Source: Schmidtea polychroa (taxonomy: Eukaryota). Taken from it: a DNA stretch of 64,000 bases. The translations under genes were made by a program, and so were the position numbers. How positions within the stretch are numbered: position 1 is the first letter of the stretch; every line of letters begins with the position of its first letter. Under the pieces are notes generated by a model. The model was given only the letters and a program-made list of their open reading frames with translations, made no database searches and was not told where the DNA came from. Location: contig CM097888.1 in assembly GCA_044892525.1 (NCBI GenBank), forward strand, positions 17,112,001-17,176,000, in the 5' to 3' direction. Shown here in pieces: positions 29,910-41,854 of the stretch.

Positions 29910-31190
29910 CTACAACTTCAGTTTTGTTGCGTACACATTATTAATACAATTTGGGTTACATCCGTAGTTTAACAAATATTCATCATCATCTAATTCTCGT
30001 CCTTCGAACGTCAACACGATAATTCCTTCATTACCTAATATTTCCGCTGCTTTTTGTCGTATTTTCTTTGCTTTTACACTCCAATGTTCCTGACAATATT
30101 CAATCCTTTGATCCGAAATATTTAACGCTATTATCAAAGATTTCGCACTATTGTCTGCCGCCTCATAATCATGTCCTAGTTTTCGGATTACCTCTTTTAA
30201 CTTTGCCTGATAACTCGTCGGTTTATTCGTATACGGTACGATGCATTCAAACAACCTTTCTTTCATGTCTCGATCCATTTCGATGCTCATTATGAAGTCG
30301 ATACTCGCATTAATTTTATCACTATTCCCTACATACAGGGTATCTTGTAAATCTGCTAGAATCTTTTCCCAATTTTGTCTGTCTGAATTCAAAGTATTAA
30401 CAGCATTAACAACATTTACTTTATTTTTCCAGCCTGGTATCAGACCGCAATCTACCAAGTACTCCTCGTCTTCCAGACATCGATTCTCAAATTTTAATTG
30501 CACTTGCCATCCACTGTATTGACGCAGTATTCGCTCCTTTAGCTCTCTGATTTGTCCGTAGGCATTTACACGGAATTGGCACTTCACATTATCAAGTCCC
30601 GTCGTTTCCACTATGATATCAGCTAAATCCCTTGTTGACCGTAAAGCCTTGCCAAACTTTTGCATTTGTTTAAGTATCTCATCGTCTCTGTTTCCTTTGA
30701 ATAACTTTGCACATAAATTTATGGCTCTCTTTAGCTCGCTTTGGGTTAGTGACATCACACTGAGTTCTGCGATCCATCGTTTCAACTGGGAGTTGTCAGT
30801 TTCCATTTTCTCAAGCCATTTTTCAACTCGGGCTAACAGTGCAGTCGGATTCTCATCTGATGCGATCTTTCGCACTTTCGTGGCAGGTTTTCCCTCACCT
30901 TCTGACACGGTTCCAATTATCATATGAGATTCAGTTTCCTCATCTGATTCAAATTTAGCCACTAATTTGTTCAGCTTCTGTCGCATTTCTCGAAATTCCT
31001 TTTCCATTTTGTCTTGAAATTCCTCTCTCCGAGCATATGTCATATTGCTGGTGTTTGGCATATCTTCTTGGAATCTGATTGATTTCTTTAAAATAGGTCT
31101 GCTGAATCTTTCTGAGTTCCTTGGGCATGATCGCGCCATGTGGCCGTATCCCTTGCACGAATGACATTGGATCTGTCCATTTGTATTCAC
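29910..31190 (-). CDS. Duplicate of the zinc-knuckle/Ubl-Ubl ORF
   Basis: Same translation as 20657-21937. Confidence 0.85.
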   Translation of the reverse strand: MNTNGQIQCHSCKGYGHMARSCPRNSERFSRPILKKSIRFQEDMPNTSNMTYARREEFQDKMEKEFREMRQKLNKLVAKFESDEETESHMIIGTVSEGEGKPATKVRKIASDENPTALLARVEKWLEKMETDNSQLKRWIAELSVMSLTQSELKRAINLCAKLFKGNRDDEILKQMQKFGKALRSTRDLADIIVETTGLDNVKCQFRVNAYGQIRELKERILRQYSGWQVQLKFENRCLEDEEYLVDCGLIPGWKNKVNVVNAVNTLNSDRQNWEKILADLQDTLYVGNSDKINASIDFIMSIEMDRDMKERLFECIVPYTNKPTSYQAKLKEVIRKLGHDYEAADNSAKSLIIALNISDQRIEYCQEHWSVKAKKIRQKAAEILGNEGIIVLTFEGRELDDDEYLLNYGCNPNCINNVYATKLKL

Positions 31191-31247
31191 TTTGTCCCTT
31201 TGTGGTGAAGGTGACGTTGACGATGATCTTGATTATTTGGTTATTGA

Positions 31248-31985
31248 TTATTTTGGTCTCAAAATTGGACTACTGATTTGATTTATTTTCTTTTCATCCC
31301 ATGGTGCTCTCACAGGCGTAATTGATCGCTCACGTCTCTCCACATTAACTCCAAAAGCATCTGATCTTTTTGCACTTTTTAAATTCAGCTCTATCTTCAT
31401 GGCTTTCTTCACGAGCTCATCGAAATTGGAAAAATCCACATAACATAGGGCCTTTTTGATTTCGGAGTGGACTCCGGTTATAAACTGATCTTCTAACAGC
31501 TCTTTAACCTGCTTGGCCATATCTGCTTGATCTGGTTTAACTTCAAAGGCTTTATCTGCTAAAGTGGTCAGATGATAAGCAAACTCACTGACCGATTCAT
31601 CTGGACCTTGAACTCGATTATAAAATTTCTGTCGCATGATTCTTTTGATATCTCCACCAACCAGTTTCAGTGCCATTGCATCCTTCAATTTTGTCCAATC
31701 ATTGCCAACATTTCGTTTGTCGACTTGCTGCCAGGCTTCTCTTGCCGCACCCTTCAGATAGAGTGGGAATCTCTGAACCATAATGGCTTGCGTCCATCCG
31801 TATGCTGAGGCGTACATATAATAATCTCCCATGAAATCTGCAAATTCAACAGGGTCTCCTCCATATTGATTGACGGGTAATTTCTGGCAACTTGCAAAAT
31901 CAATCATCTCTCTATTGAGAGGCATAACAGCATTATCATTTGCCATTTGGACTTGTTTCTGACTTCTGAGGTTGTATCGGTTCAC
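31248..31985 (-). CDS. gag: Duplicate gag capsid ORF
   Basis: Same translation as 21995-22732. Confidence 0.9.
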   Translation of the reverse strand: MNRYNLRSQKQVQMANDNAVMPLNREMIDFASCQKLPVNQYGGDPVEFADFMGDYYMYASAYGWTQAIMVQRFPLYLKGAAREAWQQVDKRNVGNDWTKLKDAMALKLVGGDIKRIMRQKFYNRVQGPDESVSEFAYHLTTLADKAFEVKPDQADMAKQVKELLEDQFITGVHSEIKKALCYVDFSNFDELVKKAMKIELNLKSAKRSDAFGVNVERRERSITPVRAPWDEKKINQISSPILRPK

Positions 31986-32291
31986 TTTGAGCTAAACTTC
32001 AAACGTTAAACAATAATTTAAAATTACTTTTCAACTTCTTTTAAATCTCCCAATAATAGCCTTTTATATCTCGTTAGCACTAGTTTCACAAATTTTCACT
32101 ACTTTCAATGATTCTCAGCCGACTCTCTATCGCGTCGGTACTAATTCTTTTTATAATTCCTTTTTCACTAGCTTCCAATAATTTTCCTCCGACTTCCTAT
32201 CACGTCGGTACTAATTCTTCAATAAAATTTTTCCACTGACTTTCAATAATTTTCCGCCGACTTCGAATCACGTCGGGCTCACCAGAATATA

Positions 32292-32616
32292 TGTTGGGTT
32301 TTGGATTATTTCAAGTCGGTTCTCTCTGACTCCTGGTGTTCTTTAAATTAAAACAATGAACGACCCACCGTATATTGAAACAACAGGTTCACAATTTATT
32401 ATCATGCTACAATTACCAATCAAAGTTTTATACGATTCTCCGCTCGGCGTTAATGCTTTGCAAACAAACAATATTCACCTTTTGATCCTTTAGTTCTGTT
32501 GACTCTCGTTTTCCTCGGTTTCGGTTTGGTTTGATCTCTTTTCGCCTTTCCGTATTCTTAATTCTATTTCTTCTTTTCCCTACTTCCCTAATTCGTTTAC
32601 CACTTTTCCTACAGTC
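32292..32616 (-). repeat. 5' LTR, R/U5 part (split from U3 by the nested insertion)
   Basis: Matches 8173-8497 and abuts the PBS. Confidence 0.95.
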
Positions 32617-35600
32617 TGTTGGTGTATGTGGGGGAGAGAGAAAAATACTTTACGCATTTCCATCACACCCCTCAAGCATCATTATTCCGTTAGATATTTC
32701 CCACACATACTCCAGATGATCGCTTGCATATTCCCACATATGAGCCCGTGATGATGTTCCACGTTGGTGCTGCTCATACGGGTCGGGAAGAGTTAGCAGG
32801 TGAGCCCCTGCCTTAGGACTACTCCTAACCCTTTCTCGGTTCGGGTTCTACGGTGCCTTAGAAGGACTTACCCACATTCATGCATATCACTCGGTCTGAT
32901 CCCGGTCCAAGGGAACGACCTGCAATCCTGATTACTTTCATTTCACATCCTCCTGCTAGTCACTCCAATTACACAATCATTCGTTTTGAAAATTTACCAC
33001 AACGAAATTAAACAAAATATATTGAAGCCATAAACAAAATTACACCCAACAGTTACTAAATTAACAGAATCTAAACCAGTTGCAAATGCACACGGCTGTC
33101 AGTTTTTTCGAAAATACAAAAAAAATCTTGCTACGCTCTTCCTTCATCTGTGGCGGGGAGAACCACGTCCCTTCATAGAGGTCTATTCGTTTTTTGAGAG
33201 CCCCGATATACAAGTGGAGTTGAGCAATATCCGCGTTCTTGTCAGCACAAGAAAAACACGGGCGAAGTTCTTTGGCATTGTTGGACGGTGTAGTCATCTA
33301 GAAATCCAATCACCTGTTAAGTCTATCCGAAGTATTTATTAATATGATATAGTCAATTTTGGACATGGGTCTGGAGTTTTATCAAACATCCCGCACACCG
33401 GTAACCCACAGACCTCCTCATCCATCTCTATTCACAGTCATTCAGTTGCAAGCATTCCAATCTCTTCACCTAATTCATGTAAATTAAGAAAAGGAAACGG
33501 GGGATTTACGCACACAATCCTCCCTATCTAAACCTCACCCTTTGGAGTTACTTCCGGATGGGACACTCCCCATACAAAACTCGTCCTTCCCTTTATTCCC
33601 TTCAACCTTGTTCCCCTTAGTATATCTTTATTCAAAAAATCTTTCCGGTATCCTTATGGCAATCCGTCGATGTAGGCGTACATAAAATTACAGAAAAATA
33701 ATTCACGGCGACTGAATAGATTATTTATGTTTTTTATCTCGCTCAAAATTACAAAATTAATCAATAATCAGTCAACAATTTAGTTCTAAATTTAAATCTA
33801 ATTAATTCAAATAACGCGTCGTACTCGTCGTCATGGAGACGTTTACTTGTAGTTATGAAATATGATTGAATATTTAGGTGTGTCGATACTCCTGGTTGCA
33901 TCTGCAACTGTGTGTTGGCTATCACCGCGAATGATTATTTATGTTGTTAGGAGAGATTATTAGATGTCGAGTTGCGTGGAGGAAATCGATTCCTTTACTC
34001 CAGCCTACTATCTCGCTGCTCTGGAAAATTCATATTATCATGTCATTATTACATCATCAAAAGTCGTAGATTTATTTTTTACACTGCCTTATGTAGACTT
34101 GACTGGGGTGTGCGTGTGTACGTGCATTTCCAAGTCGGAATAATATGGATTGTACAAGATATTCCTCAACCAAGCAGCAGCCGTAGACAGATGGGGAAAA
34201 TCAGACTAATCAATCTGAGTAGGTGGCAACTCAGTAGATTACTGAGTAAGCTTGATTTTATTATCTAACTCCTTTTCACGATATTGATTCAGGTCAACGA
34301 CTATCAACTTATTCGTTTGGCGATTTCACCAGAAAAACCGATACGTTATCTCTCCCTCCAAAACATTATCAGCTAATTCTCGTCGGCTAACTCTAAGCTG
34401 GCTAATATAAATCGACGAATTCTGTTATCGTTGGCAACTATTTCCATTGAGCTCAAAGTGAGTGTTTTGATAATGTCATTGCAAGATGTTTACTTCCCTG
34501 TCAGCGAGAGATGGTTTATCACTGGCATCGGCGATTCAAGGACGACAGTTCAATTTTAAGAGTACATCGATGATGGATGTAGTCGCTAGCGTCCTGGCGG
34601 CACAAATCAAATAGAACCTCGAAAAATGCAGTATGTTACAGAAAAATCGTTGGAGTTGCTCGCAATCTATGGTCAACAACGTTCTTTCCTAACTACGTCG
34701 ACCGACAGGCTGGATATCATGAAAAATTTCTTCTATCCATGTGGATTCTTATCAAATCAGTATGAACGTCAATGCCAATCTCGATCTGAATTGTCCTCAT
34801 TTGGAATTTAAATCATCTTTACAACTATTGGAAAGCTCGGTGTGGCTAAATGAAACGATGGCGTGCTCTCTAAACGATCGCGCTCGATGAAGGAAATTTT
34901 ACTTCCAAACTGGATTTTCACCCTACTGAGTTTCTTCACCCCTCATGACACACCCAAGAAGGCATTCATTTCTGCCACCGTCTTGCACCGTCATGAGGGA
35001 CCAATCAACTCATCTCCATTCAATTAAATCAACCATTTGTACAAAATTTATATAATGATCAAAATGAATGATAGGTAAATGAATAAATAAAATTTACCCG
35101 GCGACCATATCATTTGGACTCCAAGTATGATGTTACTCATTCTACACAATCGAGACCTCATCGTCTCCTTGGTGGATCTCTAATATGACAAATATCATTC
35201 TCTGCAAGGATTACATTCTCATTTTCAGCATGTTCATGATTTCTTATGCATACCAACCTTTCCACTGTGGTGTCCTCTACTGCAGTACAATTCCAACTCG
35301 CCCACATCATACTGGGAGCTCTCAGATGGTACAGTCGCCGGCACCATGAAGAAAAGGCCATTTGTATTTAAATAAATTTATTGCATGAAATTGTTTTTAT
35401 TATATTTATAACAATTAACTAAATTAAACTAACAACCATAAATAAAGCAACTGTCGAGACATACCTCAAGTTTCGAAAACTGGAGTAAATCGGTTGAATT
35501 TAGAATTTGTCCTTAATGGATTTCTAGTTTGGTCTCTATATATTCCTTCCTAGATTCGGTTTCGTAGTCTCTGAACTAGTTCGCTGTAGGATAATTTAGT

Positions 35601-36240
35601 TAAAGGTTCCGAAATCTGTAAAGTCTGTAGAATATTTTTTAAAAGTGGTCATAACGAACCAAAGTTTACCTGTAGAATATTTTTTAAAAGTGGTACTCTA
35701 CAGATATTTCCGGTTCCTTATATATTATTTTTCGTCCAATCAGGACACGACTTGTTTGTATTTTTACTATTTATTATTATTTTTATGTTTTTTATTATAA
35801 TATATTAGATTTTAATGACTTAACTTATTTCTTATTATTATTTTATTTATTTTCTTATTTTTATTATTTTTCTCCTATTTTTCCTGTGGATTTATTGCTA
35901 CTTTATTGTAATATAATTTTTTGTTTTAATTAGACTTAAAGATGGTTTTATTTTTATTTATTTCTTAAATTTCTCGTTTATTTGTTGTCACTTTTTTACT
36001 TATTCTATTCTATTTTATCTGCTGGGTCCTAAATCGCTTTATTTCTAAATCTTAAGGGGTTTATTGGGTTTTATTTAGTTTGTTTTACTTATTCTTATTC
36101 TCTTATTGATATTTTATTGTTCCTTTTGATTTATTAGTGAGAATTTGATGGTACTTTATATTTTTATTTTATTTCGTTTATTTTTCGAGGATTATTTTCT
36201 ATTCACTCCAGTTTTCTCCACTCCGCATTTTAGCCCAACA
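32617..36240. mobile_element. 3624-bp nested insertion with TGTTGG...CCAACA ends, probably a giant solo LTR or deleted LTR element
   Basis: 4-bp TSD AGTC (32613-32616 and 36241-36244) at a site that is single-copy in the 3' LTR (8494-8497). No internal terminal direct repeat or pol motif was recognised. Confidence 0.85.
33061..33297 (-). CDS. 78-aa ORF with PCFSCxDKN...TWFxPxQMK motif
   Basis: ATG start; clearly homologous to the ORF at 47216-47386. Confidence 0.55.
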   Translation of the reverse strand: MTTPSNNAKELRPCFSCADKNADIAQLHLYIGALKKRIDLYEGTWFSPPQMKEERSKIFFVFSKKLTAVCICNWFRFC

Positions 36241-36977
36241 AGTCTAATTCTTCGAACCCTAGCTGAGGCAGAATGCCGATTTTCTCTGATTTTCCCTTTG
36301 CTTATATACTCCTCGAAATCAGGATGACAAATGGTTATTGCCGAGCCAATCTTTCGTTTGACATTTTCTCCTACGTGTTTGCTTCGGCTGTCACCCATAA
36401 TGGTCCAACGAATCCAGATAATTAATGGCCCTACCGGTCTTCCTACGCGCGCTATCTTCTCCTTACTCTTTTCCCATTAATCATTGTGTCAAACTAATGG
36501 GCCCAAATCTTCCTTTTGTTTGCCTTTCTTCTTGTTTACCCAGCTCGGGTTTCCTTTATCTCTCGGGTTCTCCATTGGCTCGGGTTTCCCATTAGCTCGG
36601 GTTTCCCATTAGCCAATTAATTAATTAATTAACGTTTTCTGTTTTCATACGTTTGAATATTTTTCGACCCTTCCTAACCCTTTTCTGATAAATCCCTAAC
36701 CATCATCTTGTTGACCATTAGCTAATCTATACCTGTCCCGTTTTTCCCATTCGATTTCGATGATTTTTTCATTTATTGATTTTTCTCGGATTTCCGCATT
36801 CTCGCCTTTCGTAATTGCTTTTTGCATTTTCTATTACTGTTTCCGTCACACTTTCCTTTACTATTGATTCTGTGCACGATCCCGCTTTTATTTGCCTTTT
36901 TTCCTCGCTTACTTTCCATTTGAATTATTATCCTAAATTTTATTTAAATTTTTAATTTTAATTTACAGACCTCAACA
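36241..36977 (-). repeat. 5' LTR, U3 and start of R
   Basis: Matches 8494-9230 with no difference seen; followed by the GCTT TSD. Confidence 0.97.
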
Positions 36978-37401
36978 GCTTTTTAGAAGAGAATAATTTG
37001 TTTTGTTCTATACACTGCTAGGGTTTTTCGATATTTAACATAATTTTATCTAAACCTTGGATGACTTCGAAATAATGTAATGTTGAAGTTTGTCTAGAGT
37101 GGCAGCTCAAAAGAAACTTAAATGCTTAAAGAATTAAATATAAATAGATAAAAAGGGAAAAATTTACAAAAATTCCAAAATTAATCAAGTACAAAAATTA
37201 ATTAAAAATTTAAAAACATTAAAATATGACGTATTATGGAAGAAGTAGGTAGGTGCGGATGGTAAATAATAAGACAAAATACAAATACAATAATATAAAA
37301 ATCTTTATTTTCAAAAAATTTCCTAAAAATCTCCAAAACTTCCAGAAAAAATAAAGTAGTGAATTCGACAATTTCCAATTCACAAAAATCATCGCCTAGA
37401 G

Positions 37402-37649
37402 CAGTTGTTCTTAAACTGGGGTCCATGGACCCCCAGGGGTCCGCGAACGGGTTCCAAATGGTCCGCTGGACTATTTACAAAAAACCTTTATTATTTTTGT
37501 TTGAAGCTGAATAAACAAATTTATAAACAATTATTAAAAAATGTATGTGTTTTACTATCAATTTATTAATTTTTTAACATTTCAGGGGTCCGTCGGTACC
37601 AATTATATATTTATGGGGTCCATAAGTTTGAAAAGGTTAAGAACCCCTG
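37402..37649. mobile_element. hAT-type MITE
   Basis: TIRs CAGTTGTTCTTAA / TTAAGAACCCCTG and a perfect 8-bp TSD GCCTAGAG. Confidence 0.9.
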
Positions 37650-38449
37650 GCCTAGAGGCATTACGATATATTTCAGCTAGTTATTCTTTTCTACGATAAA
37701 TATTCTGTGTGTATGTATGTAATATTCGAAAATAAAGGAGCTTTGTTGATGTATACAACCGTATTTGTTCGTAATTTAGTGACAAAACAGTCATTTAATT
37801 CATTTTTATATCCGAGTGCGTAATTATTTAATATATCATTTGGGCTTTTGCAAAACCTTTTCAAGACTATTTATTTTACAAATAATTTTACAATTTCAAA
37901 AATGTTGCTATTCATTTCAATATTCTCTCGATGCAAGTGCTATTGTAACATTGAATAAAATTTCAATTGCTTTTTCCTAGATTCTTTTTTCTTGTGTAAT
38001 TAGAGTCAATTTCAAAATATTACTATTATACTAGAGTTTGTAAATAAACTACAAGTTAATTAATTTTTTTATCTACAGATTCGTTGATTCCATAGTGTCC
38101 AAGACGGAATTACCCTAGATACGAGTCTCTGCTTGCAAGACTCCAGGAGCCTTCTGTTTGCCCGGTTTGCACTTTTTCTCTGTCTGTGTTGTTGGCAATT
38201 TGGGTTCCGCCACCCGAGAGCTTAGGATTTGAGGTGTGTGTTGAAAATTGGTATCGTTGAATTCGTTGTAATCTATTGTTATAATCAATAAATTTTATGT
38301 CACTGAAATTTTTCATTGCAGTTATTACATAACACGCTCAGAGTCAGATAAATAATTGCAGTTACCAATCACCGACCAATTACAATATACCCAACAAGTG
38401 CAAGGAATCCAACAGCCACAACGGAACTCGTCAAGTAGTTATAGAGTAT

Positions 38450-38597
38450 ACTGTTTCTTGCTGTAACAATTTGAGTGTGTAATTTGTGATATATAACTGA
38501 AAATACAAATATACGTTGTTATTGTTCTGTCTAATTTTATAGAACATGCGGAGTCAGAATTACCGACAAGTATTAATTACTCAATTAAAACCCAACA
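38450..38597 (+). repeat. Diverged LTR U5 end related to the main element's LTR
   Basis: AATATACGTTG..GTTC, AGAACA..GGAGTCAGA..ACCGAC and AAAACCCAACA occur in the same order as in the reverse complement of 8173-8260. No PBS follows; the left boundary is not defined. Confidence 0.6.
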
Positions 38598-38726
38598 TAT
38601 TATTTGTCTTATTAATTTACTGGGACGTGGTTTATACATTCATATTATCGAATTGAAGGAAAAGGAAAAAATTAGAAATTACATAAAATCTTCATGGACG
38701 ATAAATCAATGTATAGTTAATATTCA

Positions 38727-39398
38727 ATGTTTAAATTAAGAGACAATGACGTGCGTAGAAATTTGAAGGTTAGAATAAGAAACACCGGAAGATTAGTTCG
38801 TGAATTTAAGGAAGAAAATAATTTTCAAGCATTGTTCAATGAAGAAAAAGTTCATAAATTAATTTTTGCTTACAATACTTTTGTTCAAGAATTGCGCTAT
38901 GTTCTTTTTCAATATCAGAAAGAGCATTTAACTTTAGATTTAGACATGGAAAGCAAGAACACCTATTTGAATCTATTCATAGACACAGTAGAGGACTTTG
39001 AAAATTATTTTAACAACTGTGTAATTAATAATGACCAAAATAATGATATTAAGTCCAAAGCAAAAGCTTTTAGATTTCTTGCAGATTTTTATCGCTATTT
39101 AGCCGAATATCCGACAACTGTCAAAGAGAAATTCTCTGATAAAGCGGGAGATTTGTACAGTGATGCATGGAAATATGTGAAAGCTCATTCTGCAATCAGT
39201 GATGTTGATAAAGTTAAGTTACGTTTGAATTTTAGTAAATACCAGCACGACATATTGGGAAATACTTCAGCAGCTCTTTATATATGTAAAGAACTGTCAA
39301 GATATACTTACCAAAAGAATTTTGATAATGAAGTCAAAAGAAGAATAAACGAAAATATTATTTTGTATAAAAAATCGTTGAATAATCTAAAACTTTAA
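38727..39398 (+). CDS. Divergent intronless 14-3-3-like protein (223 aa)
   Basis: RRNL..., LADFYRYLAEY, AGDLYSDAW and KLRLNFSKYQHDILG align to the 14-3-3 motifs ERNLL, KGDYYRYLAE and LALNFSVFYYEIL. Confidence 0.8.
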   Translation: MFKLRDNDVRRNLKVRIRNTGRLVREFKEENNFQALFNEEKVHKLIFAYNTFVQELRYVLFQYQKEHLTLDLDMESKNTYLNLFIDTVEDFENYFNNCVINNDQNNDIKSKAKAFRFLADFYRYLAEYPTTVKEKFSDKAGDLYSDAWKYVKAHSAISDVDKVKLRLNFSKYQHDILGNTSAALYICKELSRYTYQKNFDNEVKRRINENIILYKKSLNNLKL

Positions 39399-39509
39399 AA
39401 GGTATCTTATAATTATTGTAATTGAAATAAAGATGTAAGAATAATTGGCTATTTCATTATTAACACATTGACGGACAGTAGAAAATTGACTATTGAAAAT
39501 TGACACTAT

Positions 39510-40140
39510 ATGACGGCTATAGACGCAAATGTCCGTCAACGTGTTAAACAAGGAGAAAAAATTAAAGACGCATTTGAAAACTTGATTGAGTTATCAAATA
39601 GATTTCCTAATAAATTATATGTGGATAATGGTACCGAGTTTTATAGCAAAACATTTAAAGATTTTTTACAAGAAAACGATATTGAAATTTATTCAACTTA
39701 CAACCAACCAGATGAAAGATCACAAGGCCCATCACGCAATCCAATTATGGAAAGATTTAACAGTTTAATGTACAAAAAATTTACAGAACGAGGAAATAGA
39801 ATTTGGATTGATAGTTTGCCAGATTTGAGGAATTTTTATTATAATGAAGTTCATAGAATGATAAAAACAACTCCAATCGCAATAAGTAATAATCCTGATT
39901 TAATCCAAGAAATTACAAAAATAATATTGCTTATAATGATTTGATTGAAGAACAAAAATTTGATATAGGAAACAGAGCTAGAATATTTAAATGGAAAAAT
40001 TAATTTGAAAAAGGAATTACTCATCCATGGTCAAAGGAAATATATATCATCAAGAAAATATACAACACACAACTATTTACTTATAAACTACATGATTTCA
40101 ACAGGTAGATTTTATCAACGAGAATTTCAAAAAAACTATT
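39510..40140 (+). pseudogene. Polinton-type integrase remnant
   Basis: KLYVDNGTEFY (second D), IMERFN (E) and HRMIKTTP; downstream broken frames read KFDIGNRARI...WSKEIY. Confidence 0.8.
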
Positions 40141-40329
40141 CTTTTATTTCTCGAAATCCTTCCACTACAAAACTTACATGCTTTTCAGATTTTGTATTTA
40201 ATTCTCTAAAAAATCAATTCTTGGATCCTGAGAAATTTCTTTAATCAACAAATCTTCAGTTAAACTAGAACCCTTAAACTTTCCTTTCTTCTTATTTTTA
40301 AATTCTAATTCGATTACCATTTTTCATAA

Positions 40330-41261
40330 CTAAAAAGGACAAAAGTGATTAGACAAAATGTCTGATGTTTCCCATTCGATTGATTCCAAATTTAAAATCT
40401 TAATTTGAATACCGTTCTTAATATCGAAATACCTTACTAAAATTGGATAAAATTTTATTTCAGTGTGATTCGATACGTCTGATAGAATAGATATATACAG
40501 AATACAGTATTTCTGATAGCATTTTTTTGCAGTATTCATTAAATACGCTGGTTCCGATAGACTCACATTTTGTTCGCGTACAAGAAAATTTTCCGTCACA
40601 AAATATTTTTAATAATTTTGTAGTACAGTCCATGCTTCGAAAACTTTGATTATGGATTATTGTGTGAAAAGCGAAAGTACCGTCCAAAACTGCCAATTTT
40701 TTTCATTAGTTCCAAAAGTATTCCCTTTAAAAAATGTTGTCAGTTTGGACGTTGACACTGCTGTGTCATGAGACGTTTTATGTACTTTAGTTTCAATGTT
40801 TGCCGCTATTGCACTACATCCATGAATTGCAATTAAAAATTCCCTATTGCAGATTGTGCATTTAACCAAGGAGTCATCATTTCCATTTTTAACTACAATG
40901 AACGGAAACTCTTTTTTTAAATTTTCGTTTAAACGATTTTTTCTTCTTTTGTTATCGCTCATATTTGAATTAATAATCTAAAAATTATGTTATAAAATAA
41001 TTAGTAAAATATTTTATTTATTTTGATTTTAAATAAATATTATAATCTGATATTATTTAAGTAAAATGAAAATTAAACTATAATAAATCAAATCACTGTC
41101 AAAATAATTTTAAATATTTAATTAATAAAATTGAAATAAAATAATCTATAAAAATGTTTGAGAAATACAAATGAGTACTTTCAGAGTACAGGATTTGAAA
41201 AGAGTACGGTTTGCGAAAAAAGAGTACAAAACTCAGTAAATGAGTATAGTTGGTCACCTTA
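40330..41261 (-). mobile_element. hAT-like DNA transposon 5' end with broken transposase
   Basis: BED-like CTIC...H motif, FAFHTIIHNQSFRSMDCTTKL and DVSNH..YPILVRYF. Terminal TAAGGTGACCA at 41251-41261 with subterminal GAGTA(C/T) repeats. Confidence 0.7.
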
Positions 41262-41854
41262 TTGGTATCCATTTGTAATACATAGTTGGTAACAGGTTGT
41301 TGGTATCTAGTTGTAGGTATCCGGTTGTTGATGTTGTTGATATCTTGTACTCTGTAAACGGTATCTAGTTGTTAGTGAATTAATGAATTGATATAAATTA
41401 AAATTAAGATTAATTTAATTAATGTTATTTACTTATGCTTAAATATTTTTATAAGGATATTATATTTTTGGTATTAATTTATGTACAAAAACTAAATTTC
41501 CAATAAAAAATAAAATTATTTTCAAGTAATAATACTTATTTTATAGTTCATCATCTTTAAATAATCATTTTTACGAAAAATAATTTGATTATAACTTGTC
41601 TAAAACTTTGTTTAAATATAAAAGCAAATTTTATAATTAGTTTTTTAAATTCAAAGTAACGTTATTTTGTATATAAAATAATTTTATAACTCTATTTTAT
41701 AACAGAATTTCAAAATTATTTATTCAATATTATTTGTGATAAAATTTTAGTGGTTTTTTTGAAATTTCTTTCGTTTCTATCCAGAAAACTATAGTTTATT
41801 GTTTGCGAAACTTTATCTCAGTCATTAATGGATAGTTTAACTTTAAATAATAAA

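Larger units (their letters stand above)
23731..32985. repeat. Second unit of a 9253-bp tandem duplication (first unit 14478-23732)
   Basis: Constant offset of 9253, 2-bp TT microhomology at the junction, and three substitutions seen (16027/25280, 22945/32198, 23684/32937). Confidence 0.97.
8173..36977 (-). mobile_element. Ty3/Gypsy LTR retroelement, env-bearing, with nested insertion and internal tandem duplication
   Basis: TGTTG...CAACA termini, 4-bp TSD GCTT (8169-8172 and 36978-36981), matching LTR sequence at both ends, PBS, PPT, and gag plus PR-RT-IN in Gypsy order. Confidence 0.97.

Noticed and set aside
14296-32719. Many 60-105 aa ORFs overlapping gag/pol on either strand
   Set aside because: Shadow frames of long coding sequence with no recognisable motifs; they recur only because of the duplication.
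33972-35361. Short ORFs inside the nested insertion as possible env/pol remnants
   Set aside because: No retroelement or other motif recognised in any frame examined.
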